A stretch of 64,000 nt of DNA. It comes from a virus. The DNA lies in IMG/VR virus record IMGVR_UViG_3300045988_142718. The stretch is one strand, 5' to 3'. The notes beneath the pieces were generated by a model, which worked only from the letters and a program-made list of their open reading frames with translations, did not search any database and had not been told where the DNA came from. This document shows positions 48,289 to 56,651 of this stretch, piece after piece. Made by a program: the position numbers and the translations under genes. Each line of letters begins with the position of its first letter. Position 1 is the stretch's first letter.

Positions 48289-48795
48289 ATGGCTAGAAAA
48301 AAAGAAGCTAAAGTAGAAGTAGTTAACGAAGTAGCAATCAGCAAAACATTGGTATTGGTAACCTATTCAGATGGCACCTCCGAAATCCGATTTAAATTGA
48401 CTTCAGATGAACTTGAGAAATTGGTAGCTGCAGTTTCTCCTGCCGAAGAAGAAGATGAAGAAGAAGATGAAGAAGAAGATGAAGAAGAAGATGAAGAAGA
48501 AGATGAAGATGAAGAAGAAGATGAAGAAGAAGATGATGAGGATGAAGAAGAAGATGATGAGGATGAAGATGATGAGGATGAAGAAGCCGCTGCTCCTTCT
48601 CCCGAAGAATTAGCTGGTATGGACTTCGAAGAACTGGAAGATGTCTGCGATGATCACTCCCTGGATGTAGACCCGGACGATTACGAAGAAGAAGACATCG
48701 AAAAGTTCCGCAAGGCAATCGCCAAGGAATTGGGTATCACTTTACCGAAAGCCAAGAAAGAAACTAAGGCAAAAGGTAAAAAGGGAAAGAAATAA
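48289..48795 (+). CDS. Hypothetical poly-acidic protein with Lys-rich tail
   Basis: It has an uninterrupted Glu/Asp run of about 48 residues encoded by a 12-bp tandem repeat. The C-terminus is KAKKETKAKGKKGKK. Confidence 0.6.
   Translation: MARKKEAKVEVVNEVAISKTLVLVTYSDGTSEIRFKLTSDELEKLVAAVSPAEEEDEEEDEEEDEEEDEEEDEDEEEDEEEDDEDEEEDDEDEDDEDEEAAAPSPEELAGMDFEELEDVCDDHSLDVDPDDYEEEDIEKFRKAIAKELGITLPKAKKETKAKGKKGKK
48445..48585 (+). repeat. In-frame tandem repeat (GAAGAAGAAGAT and variants)
   Basis: The direct read is gaagaagaagat x5, followed by gat/gag variants. Confidence 0.9.
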
Positions 48796-48949
48796 CCCAA
48801 CTATAGGATAAAACAAGGTCTGGGATAAAAATGAACACATTATTCATCATCTCTAATTATCTCGTCTAACAAAAAGTAATCCCAGACCTTGTAAAAAACG
48901 AACACATCTAAATTAACACATATCATTAACAATCAAAAATTAAATTATC

Positions 48950-49360
48950 ATGGCAAAAGCTAAAGAAACTAAGAAGGCTATGTCTGCAGAAGAAAAAGCA
49001 GCAAAGAAAAAAGCTCGTTTGGAAGCTATCAAAAATCGTCCTGAGGGTCAAAGATGCAACAGCAAACAGATTGATGTAATCGGAACAGATAACGGTACAG
49101 TCGAAACTTGGGGTTACCCAGTAGTTGCTGCTCGTAAACACATCGGAGTTCTTACTACCACAATCGTAAAGGATAAAGACGGTAACGTTATCTCTACTGC
49201 TTCAACTTGGGTTCCTGGAGACCTTACCATCAAGGCAAAGAAAGGACATGGTATTATCACTGGAGTAAAACCCAAGAAGGAAAAGGAAGAAGATACTGAT
49301 ACTGAGAAAGATGAAGCTGAAGAAGCTCCCAAGGCAAAGAAATCTAAGAAAAACGATTAA
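48950..49360 (+). CDS. Hypothetical protein with Lys-rich termini
   Basis: MAKAKETKK...KAKKSKKND. A conserved 14-mer lies upstream and a terminator follows. Confidence 0.6.
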   Translation: MAKAKETKKAMSAEEKAAKKKARLEAIKNRPEGQRCNSKQIDVIGTDNGTVETWGYPVVAARKHIGVLTTTIVKDKDGNVISTASTWVPGDLTIKAKKGHGIITGVKPKKEKEEDTDTEKDEAEEAPKAKKSKKND

Positions 49361-49390
49361 GTAAAAATAACCTATATTCGAATTTTTGGG

Positions 49391-49423
49391 AAAAGGGGAT
49401 CCTTAACTGGGTTCCCTTTTTTT
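49391..49423 (+). terminator. Intrinsic terminator
   Basis: Stem aaaaggg / ccctttt followed by a T-run. Confidence 0.6.
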
Positions 49424-49440
49424 CGTATAAACATCTTATC

Positions 49441-49644
49441 ATGGAAGATAAAGAAAAATCAATCATATTCATGGCACTAAGCAATCAAATATTGATTTAT
49501 CAAAGTAAACTAGAAAACCATGAATATGAAGATGAAATAGAAAAAGAGATTTATAAATCTATCATAGAAGAAAGTATGAGCCTTTTAGATAGGTTTATGC
49601 CCAAAGAGCCTTCATCACATCCAATACCCAGACCCACCTTTTAA
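49441..49644 (+). CDS. Hypothetical protein
   Basis: 67-aa ORF after a terminator. Confidence 0.45.
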   Translation: MEDKEKSIIFMALSNQILIYQSKLENHEYEDEIEKEIYKSIIEESMSLLDRFMPKEPSSHPIPRPTF

Positions 49645-49681
49645 AGATAAGGAATTATATTGCAGTATGAAAAATAATATT

Positions 49682-49691
49682 TATATTTGCA
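49682..49691 (+). promoter_or_regulatory. -7 box TATATTTGCA
   Basis: 23 nt upstream of the ATG at 49715. Confidence 0.65.
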
Positions 49692-49714
49692 TAAAGAAAA
49701 AATAATAAAAAAAT

Positions 49715-50080
49715 ATGGTAACTAAACTACAAAGGATCATCGATAACATCGAATTAGTAAGACTCAGAAGAGAAGAATATTACAAAGCTTCCCCAAAAGG
49801 GAAGGCCCTTATTCAAAAAGAGATTAATATCCTTCTCCGAAGAATCCGAGATATGGTACAAGATATTTCAAATGTTGGGAAAGGAGACATTTCGAAAGTT
49901 ACCTATGTTATCAAAAATTCTGAAGGAACTAAAACTTTCGAAGAAGAATTCATAGGATTAGATGAAGAGGAGATTAAGAAACTTTTCGAAGTTAGAAAAT
50001 TCTTTACTGCTTCATCAAACTATGAAATCCTAAGAATCGAAAAATATCATACCCAGATCAGGGAAATATCTACTAATTAA
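49715..50080 (+). CDS. Hypothetical protein
   Basis: A promoter box lies 23 nt upstream. Confidence 0.55.
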   Translation: MVTKLQRIIDNIELVRLRREEYYKASPKGKALIQKEINILLRRIRDMVQDISNVGKGDISKVTYVIKNSEGTKTFEEEFIGLDEEEIKKLFEVRKFFTASSNYEILRIEKYHTQIREISTN

Positions 50081-50115
50081 AAACATATCATTAACACATT
50101 AAAATTCATAAGAAC

Positions 50116-50652
50116 ATGAAGGAAAAAGCAAGCAAAACAAAGAAATCGAAGATCCCAGTTCCAGAAAACCAGGAAGCTTTGGCAAAGGTAAAGGAAGTAA
50201 AAAAGGAAATGGAAGCCTACTACAAGAAAAACAAATTGGATCCCACTAAGGATTACACCAAGGATAAAAAACATGGTGCCATTATCTCCAAATGGATTCA
50301 GGTCTTGGAAGTAAATCGTAAAAAGGTAAAGGATTCCACTCCTCAAGAAATCCATCACAAAAAGTCCGAGGATAAAAACAGAAAGCCTAAAGCTGAAAAG
50401 GCAGTAAAGGTTGCTAAGGATGGTAGAAAGGTAGCTAAATACGATTATCCTTTAGTGGATGGTAGAGAAATGACTTCAGAAGAAAAGAAAAAATATCGCA
50501 TCAAAATGCGAAAAGAATCTAAGGGAGGTGCTTCTAAACCGAAGAAGGAAACTACCAAAGAAACCAAGAAGGTAGAATCTAAAAAGGTTACCAAGGAAAA
50601 AAAGGATAAAAAGGTAAAGGGTAAGGATAAAAAGAAAAAAGCTAACGATTAA
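50116..50652 (+). CDS. Hypothetical Lys-rich protein
   Basis: About one third of residues are Lys by eye, and it ends DKKKKAND. The same 14-mer lies upstream as for the ORF at 48950. A strong terminator follows. Confidence 0.6.
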   Translation: MKEKASKTKKSKIPVPENQEALAKVKEVKKEMEAYYKKNKLDPTKDYTKDKKHGAIISKWIQVLEVNRKKVKDSTPQEIHHKKSEDKNRKPKAEKAVKVAKDGRKVAKYDYPLVDGREMTSEEKKKYRIKMRKESKGGASKPKKETTKETKKVESKKVTKEKKDKKVKGKDKKKKAND

Positions 50653-50678
50653 GTTGGTTGCCATTTTTATATAAACCC

Positions 50679-50722
50679 AAAAGGGGAAGTATCCATATCT
50701 CAATTTGGGTCTTCCCCTTTTT
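50679..50722 (+). terminator. Intrinsic terminator
   Basis: 11-bp stem aaaaggggaag / cttcccctttt. Confidence 0.85.
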
Positions 50723-50743
50723 CATTTTAAAAAACTATCAATC

Positions 50744-51595
50744 ATGGAAGAAAATAAAATCATCATAAAACCCAAGATGAGGATCACCCTATTGGATTCA
50801 GAACTTCGATGTATATCGGATAGATTAGTAGATCAGGCTACTGAATTCATGCAAGGAGCTAAAGTAAAGCATACTGATCCAATTAAGCTGGAAGTAGTAT
50901 TAACTTCTAAAAATGATGTTGAATCACTTAAAACTTATTTAGATCAACTAGTAGGTAATCTACCTATAAAGGTTATTGGAACCAGAGGAAGGCCTGCTTC
51001 TACTTCTTCGAAAGAATTAGAATCTCCAAGAGAGGATATTTATCTCAAGGTTGAAGAGATGAGTAAAACTGAAAGCCAGGATGAGATAATTAAATACCTT
51101 CGTTCATTAGGCTTTGTATTCCTATTAACCGAGGATTTCTTACATTATTTCCCTGACTTTAAATTCAGAGCCAAGGATATTGGGGAAGCTAACAGAAATG
51201 GCCAATACATTAATTCCTATCAATGGCTTGTAAGAAGGATTAAGATGGCCAAAGATCCCAAATCTGATAAATATGATCCTCAGATTATCTTTGGATTCTA
51301 TCTCAATGAAAGAAATCCCAGATTTGTAGGTTATCTCTATAAAGACTTCAAATCTCGAATGAAGGCTTATATTCCGGATAAAACTAAGATTACCTTTGCT
51401 TCATTCGAAATGGCGAAGATGCCCCCATATATGGAAGAAACGGAAAGATTAAAATGGTCTACAGAAATGAGGCAATTAATGCTAGACCCAGAAAAGAAAC
51501 CTTCAAAATTCTTTATCAGATGGGCTCCAGATATTCTTTTACCCGAATCACATAAAGAAAAACTAAAACATCTCGATATCACATTCAAAGGGTAG
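50744..51595 (+). CDS. Hypothetical protein
   Basis: The start is moved to the first ATG after the terminator. The track start at 50705 lies inside the hairpin. Confidence 0.6.
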   Translation: MEENKIIIKPKMRITLLDSELRCISDRLVDQATEFMQGAKVKHTDPIKLEVVLTSKNDVESLKTYLDQLVGNLPIKVIGTRGRPASTSSKELESPREDIYLKVEEMSKTESQDEIIKYLRSLGFVFLLTEDFLHYFPDFKFRAKDIGEANRNGQYINSYQWLVRRIKMAKDPKSDKYDPQIIFGFYLNERNPRFVGYLYKDFKSRMKAYIPDKTKITFASFEMAKMPPYMEETERLKWSTEMRQLMLDPEKKPSKFFIRWAPDILLPESHKEKLKHLDITFKG

Positions 51596-51613
51596 CTTCT
51601 GCTACCCTTTTTC
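51588..51613 (+). terminator. Intrinsic terminator
   Basis: Stem aaagggtagc / gctacccttt followed by T's. It spans the stop codon. Confidence 0.85.
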
Positions 51614-51661
51614 GTACCATATAAAGTATAAAAAAGGTATTTATAATAAGAATAAATTTTA

Positions 51662-51671
51662 TATATTTGCA
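51662..51671 (+). promoter_or_regulatory. -7 box TATATTTGCA
   Basis: 36 nt upstream of the ATG at 51708. Confidence 0.65.
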
Positions 51672-51707
51672 TTGGTATAATTTATTATTAATTTTAAACA
51701 TATAAAA

Positions 51708-51872
51708 ATGGAACAGAACAAAGAAAAGACATTACCAAAAGGACATTATGATTCTTTTGCTGCTCAATTATCCAAGGATATCCAAAGAGCTCAAGAGGAA
51801 ATCTCTAAAAAAGAAGGCTTTGAAAAGGTACATCAATCTGTAAACCCAATTTCACAAAATTACGTAGGATGA
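51708..51872 (+). CDS. Small hypothetical protein (54 aa, absent from the ORF track)
   Basis: MEQNKEKTLPKGHYDSF.... A promoter box lies 36 nt upstream and the stop overlaps the next ATG (ATGA). Confidence 0.45.
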   Translation: MEQNKEKTLPKGHYDSFAAQLSKDIQRAQEEISKKEGFEKVHQSVNPISQNYVG

Positions 51873-52330
51873 AATTAAACATTAGTACAGAGGTAGCGGA
51901 GTTAATCTCTCATATTGCAGATGTACAGATTAAGGCTCTCTTAGATATTCAACAAGGTAATTACCAAATTGATGAAGAGGATCAGGAATTATTAATGCAA
52001 TATCAAGCTACAATTCAAACTGTACAAAGGGAAGCAAAGGTTGTAATCTCTCATTTCCAGGATATGAAAAGGGAACCATTATTAATAGGTATCACTTCAA
52101 ATCAATTCCTATCTATAATGCGGCATATCCTATTTCGAATAGAAGAAGAGTATCCAAATAAACAAGCAGTTATTCAATTATGGGATATCTTCTTCTACAT
52201 AGAAAGGGAAAGAACACCCGAAATCAAATTAATGGTCAAATCGAATAAAAAACAAAACAATGGGAAAAGCATTAGCATCAACAACAATCGAATTAGAAGG
52301 AGCAAAGACAATCCAGTTTCAACCAGATAA
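51869..52330 (+). CDS. Hypothetical protein
   Basis: 153-aa ORF coupled to the upstream small ORF. Confidence 0.55.
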   Translation: MKLNISTEVAELISHIADVQIKALLDIQQGNYQIDEEDQELLMQYQATIQTVQREAKVVISHFQDMKREPLLIGITSNQFLSIMRHILFRIEEEYPNKQAVIQLWDIFFYIERERTPEIKLMVKSNKKQNNGKSISINNNRIRRSKDNPVSTR

Positions 52331-52331
52331 C

Positions 52332-52586
52332 ATGGAAGGAGTAGATTCTTCTAATTTATACAAAATCTGTAAAGGTTATATCCATGATAAAGAAAATCAA
52401 AAGGAAATACCTTATGTAGCAGTAAACTTTAAAAAGAATCCTGGCCTTCTTTATATCTATGAGGGTATTCATCCAAAGGTTTATCAAGAATTCAGAGAAG
52501 CTCCCTCTAAAGGGCAATTCTTAAATCGAGAAATTATTCCTTCTGCGAAATCAACTTATAAAGTTCATGTACCTGGATTAAGATGA
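52332..52586 (+). CDS. Hypothetical protein
   Basis: The non-overlapping ATG at 52332 is preferred. The track start at 52260 overlaps the upstream gene by 71 nt. Confidence 0.45.
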   Translation: MEGVDSSNLYKICKGYIHDKENQKEIPYVAVNFKKNPGLLYIYEGIHPKVYQEFREAPSKGQFLNREIIPSAKSTYKVHVPGLR

Positions 52587-52939
52587 GTAAGAAAACATTC
52601 TTTATATCGTTATCAGTAGTTCTTGGGATTTTATTCCTGGGAACTACTCCCCCAAAGGTTAAAGAGCAACCCAAATGGGAAAAGCCAGAATCTGGGAAAT
52701 GGTGCTTGGGATATGATTATAAAAATCATCGATACAGATATGATACTTCACCAAAAACCAAATCCCAGCCAACTAAAACAGTAATCAAAAAAGCTCATCA
52801 TAGTTTCGAATTATATGAGAATGGGAACTTTACTAAGGAACAAGCAAAAGATCTTGAATATTACATTCAATCCCAGAAAAGTACCCATGATTACTACCCA
52901 GAAGATATCCAAGAATTAATAGAATATTATTTGGATTAA
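52583..52939 (+). CDS. Hypothetical secreted or membrane-anchored protein
   Basis: N-terminal hydrophobic segment FFISLSVVLGILFLG. Confidence 0.55.
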   Translation: MSKKTFFISLSVVLGILFLGTTPPKVKEQPKWEKPESGKWCLGYDYKNHRYRYDTSPKTKSQPTKTVIKKAHHSFELYENGNFTKEQAKDLEYYIQSQKSTHDYYPEDIQELIEYYLD

Positions 52940-52953
52940 ATAAATAATATATG

Positions 52954-52963
52954 TATATTTGCA
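52954..52963 (+). promoter_or_regulatory. -7 box TATATTTGCA
   Basis: 43 nt upstream of the ATG at 53007. Confidence 0.65.
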
Positions 52964-53006
52964 ATAAATAAAAAATCAATTATTAATTAATAAAACATTT
53001 ACAGCT

Positions 53007-53438
53007 ATGACAACGAAATCAACATCTCAGAAAGTAAAAGCAACAAAGGTTGAATCTAAAAAAGTAAAGGCTTTAAATCCTAAGGTAGAAGAAGCTAAAG
53101 CGAAAACTTCTAAAAAGGTAAAGGCAACCAAGATTGAATTGCCTTCAACCAAATTGGAGAAAAAGAAATCCAAGGTAGCTAAGGAAGTTACTCCAGTTAC
53201 CAATACTGCTCTCATGGAACAGGTGGTATCGAAAAGGGAGATCAAATACATCTATCCCGATGATTGCATTGATACCCTTGCCAGAAAACAATTCCGTCAA
53301 AAGGTAAGGAACAAAATACATAAAATGGAGAACCAACTTTTCAAAATGTCGGATAAAACATCTAAGGAATATCTGAAAATTTCCAAAGAACTCAAGGCAT
53401 ATTATTCTGCCAATGTCAAAGAAGGTGCTGCCATATAA
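53007..53438 (+). CDS. Hypothetical protein with Lys-rich N-terminal repeats, paralog of the ORF at 62038
   Basis: KVKATKVESKKVKA...KKVKATK in the N-terminal half, then IYPDDCIDTLARKQFRQKVRNKI. Confidence 0.6.
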   Translation: MTTKSTSQKVKATKVESKKVKALNPKVEEAKAKTSKKVKATKIELPSTKLEKKKSKVAKEVTPVTNTALMEQVVSKREIKYIYPDDCIDTLARKQFRQKVRNKIHKMENQLFKMSDKTSKEYLKISKELKAYYSANVKEGAAI

Positions 53439-53449
53439 TATAAACCAAA

Positions 53450-53478
53450 TTAGGAGGATACTTACTATATCCTCCTAA
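53450..53478 (+). terminator. Hairpin without a T-run
   Basis: 11-bp stem ttaggaggata / tatcctcctaa. Confidence 0.45.
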
Positions 53479-53509
53479 TATGTACAACGAAATTTAAAAG
53501 GTTTATATT

Positions 53510-53797
53510 ATGGCACTTATAATCGGATTACCAGAAAAAGAGATTCAAAAGGTAAACAAAGACCTTTATGAATTACACAAACGAGTTATTCTCAATTACC
53601 TTTTATCAAGGTCTCTCGAATTAAGGTCCAGAAAAAAATTCTTCATAGTATATGGACATTACATTACAGAGAAAAACATTCACGAGTATTTCTATACACC
53701 TATACATATATTCGTTCAACTTTTAATCCGAAACGAATTATGGAGATGCCGAAAATATCACAAAGATACTAACACTAAAAAACGTAAAAGAAAATGA
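53510..53797 (+). CDS. Hypothetical protein
   Basis: 95-aa ORF after a hairpin. Confidence 0.5.
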   Translation: MALIIGLPEKEIQKVNKDLYELHKRVILNYLLSRSLELRSRKKFFIVYGHYITEKNIHEYFYTPIHIFVQLLIRNELWRCRKYHKDTNTKKRKRK

Positions 53798-54027
53798 ATA
53801 CAGAAACATTTTTCGTAACAGGGAGTAATGCCTATAACATCTTAGAGGTATTATTGGATAATGAATTCCTTTGGGACAAAGCCCAGTATAAATGTTATTA
53901 TGGGTATTACATTAATGGTAAAACCAATAAAGTGATTGCCTTTGATAACAGAACTGGGCATTGTAATACCGAAGAATTCGAAACTGTAGAACAAGCTAAA
54001 GAATGGTTAGGGTATGAAGACAATTGA
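53794..54027 (+). CDS. Hypothetical protein
   Basis: ATGA-coupled start. Confidence 0.5.
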   Translation: MNTETFFVTGSNAYNILEVLLDNEFLWDKAQYKCYYGYYINGKTNKVIAFDNRTGHCNTEEFETVEQAKEWLGYEDN

Positions 54028-54343
54028 TCACATCAAAAAGTATGGATTGGATAAAAACAACAAAAGTTTATCCAAGTTAGAAAAGGATGAATTCTTTAAG
54101 GACTTAGAAAAAGAGCTCTTAGAAAGAATTCAAGAGAGGGAGAAAAATTATCCTGGAGATTTGCCCTACAAAATCTTTCAGAATTTGGTTAAACAGGTTA
54201 ATGATAAATTCTGGGCAATCTCAAATAAGAAAAAAGGAATTGCTTTTACCTTCGAATTATGGAATGCCTTTTTTGCAATCAAGGTAATTCCTATTCGAAA
54301 TAAATATTTCCCAGAAATGGAGAAATTTAAACATAAAAAGTAA
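54014..54343 (+). CDS. Hypothetical protein
   Basis: 109-aa ORF followed by a terminator. Confidence 0.5.
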   Translation: MKTIDHIKKYGLDKNNKSLSKLEKDEFFKDLEKELLERIQEREKNYPGDLPYKIFQNLVKQVNDKFWAISNKKKGIAFTFELWNAFFAIKVIPIRNKYFPEMEKFKHKK

Positions 54344-54350
54344 AATTACA

Positions 54351-54388
54351 GCAGAGCTCGAGACTAACCTTGAAGGCTCTGCTTTTTT
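54351..54388 (+). terminator. Intrinsic terminator
   Basis: Stem gcagagc / gctctgc followed by tttttt. Confidence 0.8.
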
Positions 54389-54408
54389 AATCCTTAAATA
54401 TCACAGAT

Positions 54409-54693
54409 ATGAAACTTTCAGGGCAACACATTAATGAGGCTTGGCTATACATTGTTACCAAGACAGTTCTTCTCACTAAAATAGGAGAAAATAAAGAAGT
54501 AAACATGGATGTTCAAATCACTGGTAACAGTTTAATAATTAAAATATTGGACTACAGAGAAATCATTGAACCCAACTACTTCGAAAATCTTAAGGAAGAA
54601 CTTCAAAGATTCAAATCAGAGTATGAAAACCTTCTAATCAGAGAAACTTCGATAGGAAACGAACATAGGTATCTCATAACATTAATCCCATAA
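54409..54693 (+). CDS. Hypothetical protein
   Basis: 94-aa ORF. Confidence 0.5.
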   Translation: MKLSGQHINEAWLYIVTKTVLLTKIGENKEVNMDVQITGNSLIIKILDYREIIEPNYFENLKEELQRFKSEYENLLIRETSIGNEHRYLITLIP

Positions 54694-54697
54694 AATT

Positions 54698-55048
54698 ATG
54701 CAAATAAATGATATATTTACAGACCTTCATGGTAACCAATATGAAATAATGGATTTCCATGTTTTGGGCCCAGATTATCCACTATTCCAGGATAACAGGG
54801 ATGCCATACTCACATCATCTACTCAAGATGAACATATTAACCTTATCATAAGAGGAAATGATCAACTTATCATATATAATGAACATCATAAAGTATATTG
54901 GATGTATGACATCAAGTTTATTCAACATTTTGATAAATTTGACATAAGAAAGGGTTTTTACAATGAAAAGAATACCAAGGGTAACAGGTCTAACCGCAAT
55001 GATGGTAGAATATCATCAAACAGTAAGTCCAGAAATAAAAGACGTTAA
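54698..55048 (+). CDS. Hypothetical protein
   Basis: 116-aa ORF. Its low-complexity tail overlaps the next ORF. Confidence 0.45.
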   Translation: MQINDIFTDLHGNQYEIMDFHVLGPDYPLFQDNRDAILTSSTQDEHINLIIRGNDQLIIYNEHHKVYWMYDIKFIQHFDKFDIRKGFYNEKNTKGNRSNRNDGRISSNSKSRNKRR

Positions 55049-55814
55049 GAAGAAGAACATCATTACCCATGTAGTAAATCAATGGGCACTTAATAATGGA
55101 TTACTTTGTGGAGTAATCCATAATCCTTCATCATTAGCTTCATATCTGGGATGCGATATTGAGGATATCAATATGGTCCTAAGAGAAAGGTTATTAAATA
55201 ATCGAATCTGGGATAAACAAAATCAAGAAGAGATATTAAATGCCATTACTGGTATGTCCATCAGTATGGCAATGGAAGATCGAATGGAAGCTGCTTCTCA
55301 AGTAGAAATATTAAAAAGATCCCAGGGAGATCACTATGTACCTTTCATATCTGCAGAACTTAGACAAGCTTTAGATTTGAAGATGAAAGCTGGAGCACAA
55401 TTATCTTCAATGATTAAGAATATCATGGGTGGTACAACTAATGTCTTCAATATTAACAATCAAAGTTCTGCTGGAGTAATGGAGCAAAACAACTTTGTTA
55501 CTAAAGAAGATGCTCTAAAAATCTTAGAGGAAGAACATACTAAACAGAAAGAATCTTTTAATGAAAAGGATGCTAAATTCTTAGAAGAACATTATGAGTT
55601 AGATGCTTTGCCAGATGTATCTGCTAAGACTCAACAAGGATTGGATGTAACTAAGGAAGGTCTGGATGCAGTAAAGACAGAGCTTATTCAGATTACAGAT
55701 AATTATAAGATACATAGGGAAGAACCTGAAGATGTGGATTTTCATGAGATCCGAAGAGAATTAGAAATGAACATAGATTCAGAAGACGATCCAGAAATGG
55801 ACAACTATAATTAA
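54963..55814 (+). CDS. Hypothetical protein with acidic C-terminus
   Basis: 283-aa ORF. The start is uncertain because of the overlap. Confidence 0.55.
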   Translation: MKRIPRVTGLTAMMVEYHQTVSPEIKDVKKKNIITHVVNQWALNNGLLCGVIHNPSSLASYLGCDIEDINMVLRERLLNNRIWDKQNQEEILNAITGMSISMAMEDRMEAASQVEILKRSQGDHYVPFISAELRQALDLKMKAGAQLSSMIKNIMGGTTNVFNINNQSSAGVMEQNNFVTKEDALKILEEEHTKQKESFNEKDAKFLEEHYELDALPDVSAKTQQGLDVTKEGLDAVKTELIQITDNYKIHREEPEDVDFHEIRRELEMNIDSEDDPEMDNYN

Positions 55815-55959
55815 ATGTTTTACATACATCATTAACAAAAACAAATTTCGTTGTTTTAGCATTTTAGTAATTATGTTATGCGTTCAAGAACAGTAATGTT
55901 AACCTAAATCTTGATGCTCGTTTTATACGTTAATAATCTTATTATTCGACACTGGAACT

Positions 55960-55985
55960 GGGTAGTTGGGAAACTACCCTTTTTC
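55960..55985 (+). terminator. Intrinsic terminator
   Basis: Stem gggtagtt / aactaccc followed by ttttt. Confidence 0.8.
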
Positions 55986-56045
55986 GTAGATATCCAGCTA
56001 CTCTTACCATCCTATTTAAATTTTGCGTATTAAATACAAATAAAG

Positions 56046-56055
56046 TATATTTGCA
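56046..56055 (+). promoter_or_regulatory. -7 box TATATTTGCA
   Basis: 32 nt upstream of the ATG at 56088. Confidence 0.65.
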
Positions 56056-56087
56056 AATAAAATATTAATCATTAAAAAACAAAAACG

Positions 56088-56546
56088 ATGACTTCATCAC
56101 AGATTACATTACTCAAGCAACTGATAGATTCTACAGATTATAGAGTCTATGTAAAACTCAATGGAAAAAGAGAATTAGCTACTCAACTAAGAATTGGATC
56201 AAAGAAATCCCAAGCAATCCTTCAATGTTACAGCTTTTCATGCAATCCATATCAATTAACTACATCAATGGTTGATATCTACAGAGTGAGTAGACCTTTA
56301 GAATTCTTTTCATCTAATGGGAACAACACATTAAACTTTCAAGGATTAACCTGGCTTTGTATTAAACAAAGAGAAGTAAGGCCCGGAGATATCTTACTAG
56401 ATGCAAAGAACTTAAAAGATACCTATTTAGCTACTACAATGGTATCAGAAGTAGATAACACAATCTTTGCTTTTTGCCCTATTCAAAAAGAAATCATCTC
56501 CTTGATATACATTGAAGATGTAGTGGCTATTAGGGCTGTTTTTTAA
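56088..56546 (+). CDS. Hypothetical protein
   Basis: A promoter box lies 32 nt upstream. Confidence 0.55.
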   Translation: MTSSQITLLKQLIDSTDYRVYVKLNGKRELATQLRIGSKKSQAILQCYSFSCNPYQLTTSMVDIYRVSRPLEFFSSNGNNTLNFQGLTWLCIKQREVRPGDILLDAKNLKDTYLATTMVSEVDNTIFAFCPIQKEIISLIYIEDVVAIRAVF

Positions 56547-56566
56547 GCCCAAATTAATAATGTAAA

Positions 56567-56602
56567 TATATTTGTATTTAAAATATAATGTATATATTTG
56601 CA
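56567..56602 (+). promoter_or_regulatory. Tandem -7 boxes (TATATTTG at 56567-56574, TATATTTGCA at 56593-56602)
   Basis: Upstream of the ATG at 56652. The layout matches the tandem boxes at 61957-61992. Confidence 0.6.
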
Positions 56603-56651
56603 TTGTCGAATAAAAATAAAATTTATTAATCATTTAAATGCAATTACAAAT

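Noticed and set aside
48392-48718. 108-aa minus-strand ORF rich in His, Leu and Pro.
   Set aside because: It is the antisense reading of the GAAGAAGAAGAT coding repeat, so the open frame is an artefact of the repeat.
54963-55048. Overlaps 54698/54963 and 46238/46884 considered as programmed frameshift sites, including the A-rich stretch near 46940.
   Set aside because: The required shift is +1 and no in-frame slippery heptamer is present. The A-run is not phased as A_AAA_AAG in the upstream frame. Alternative starts or ordinary overlaps explain them more simply.
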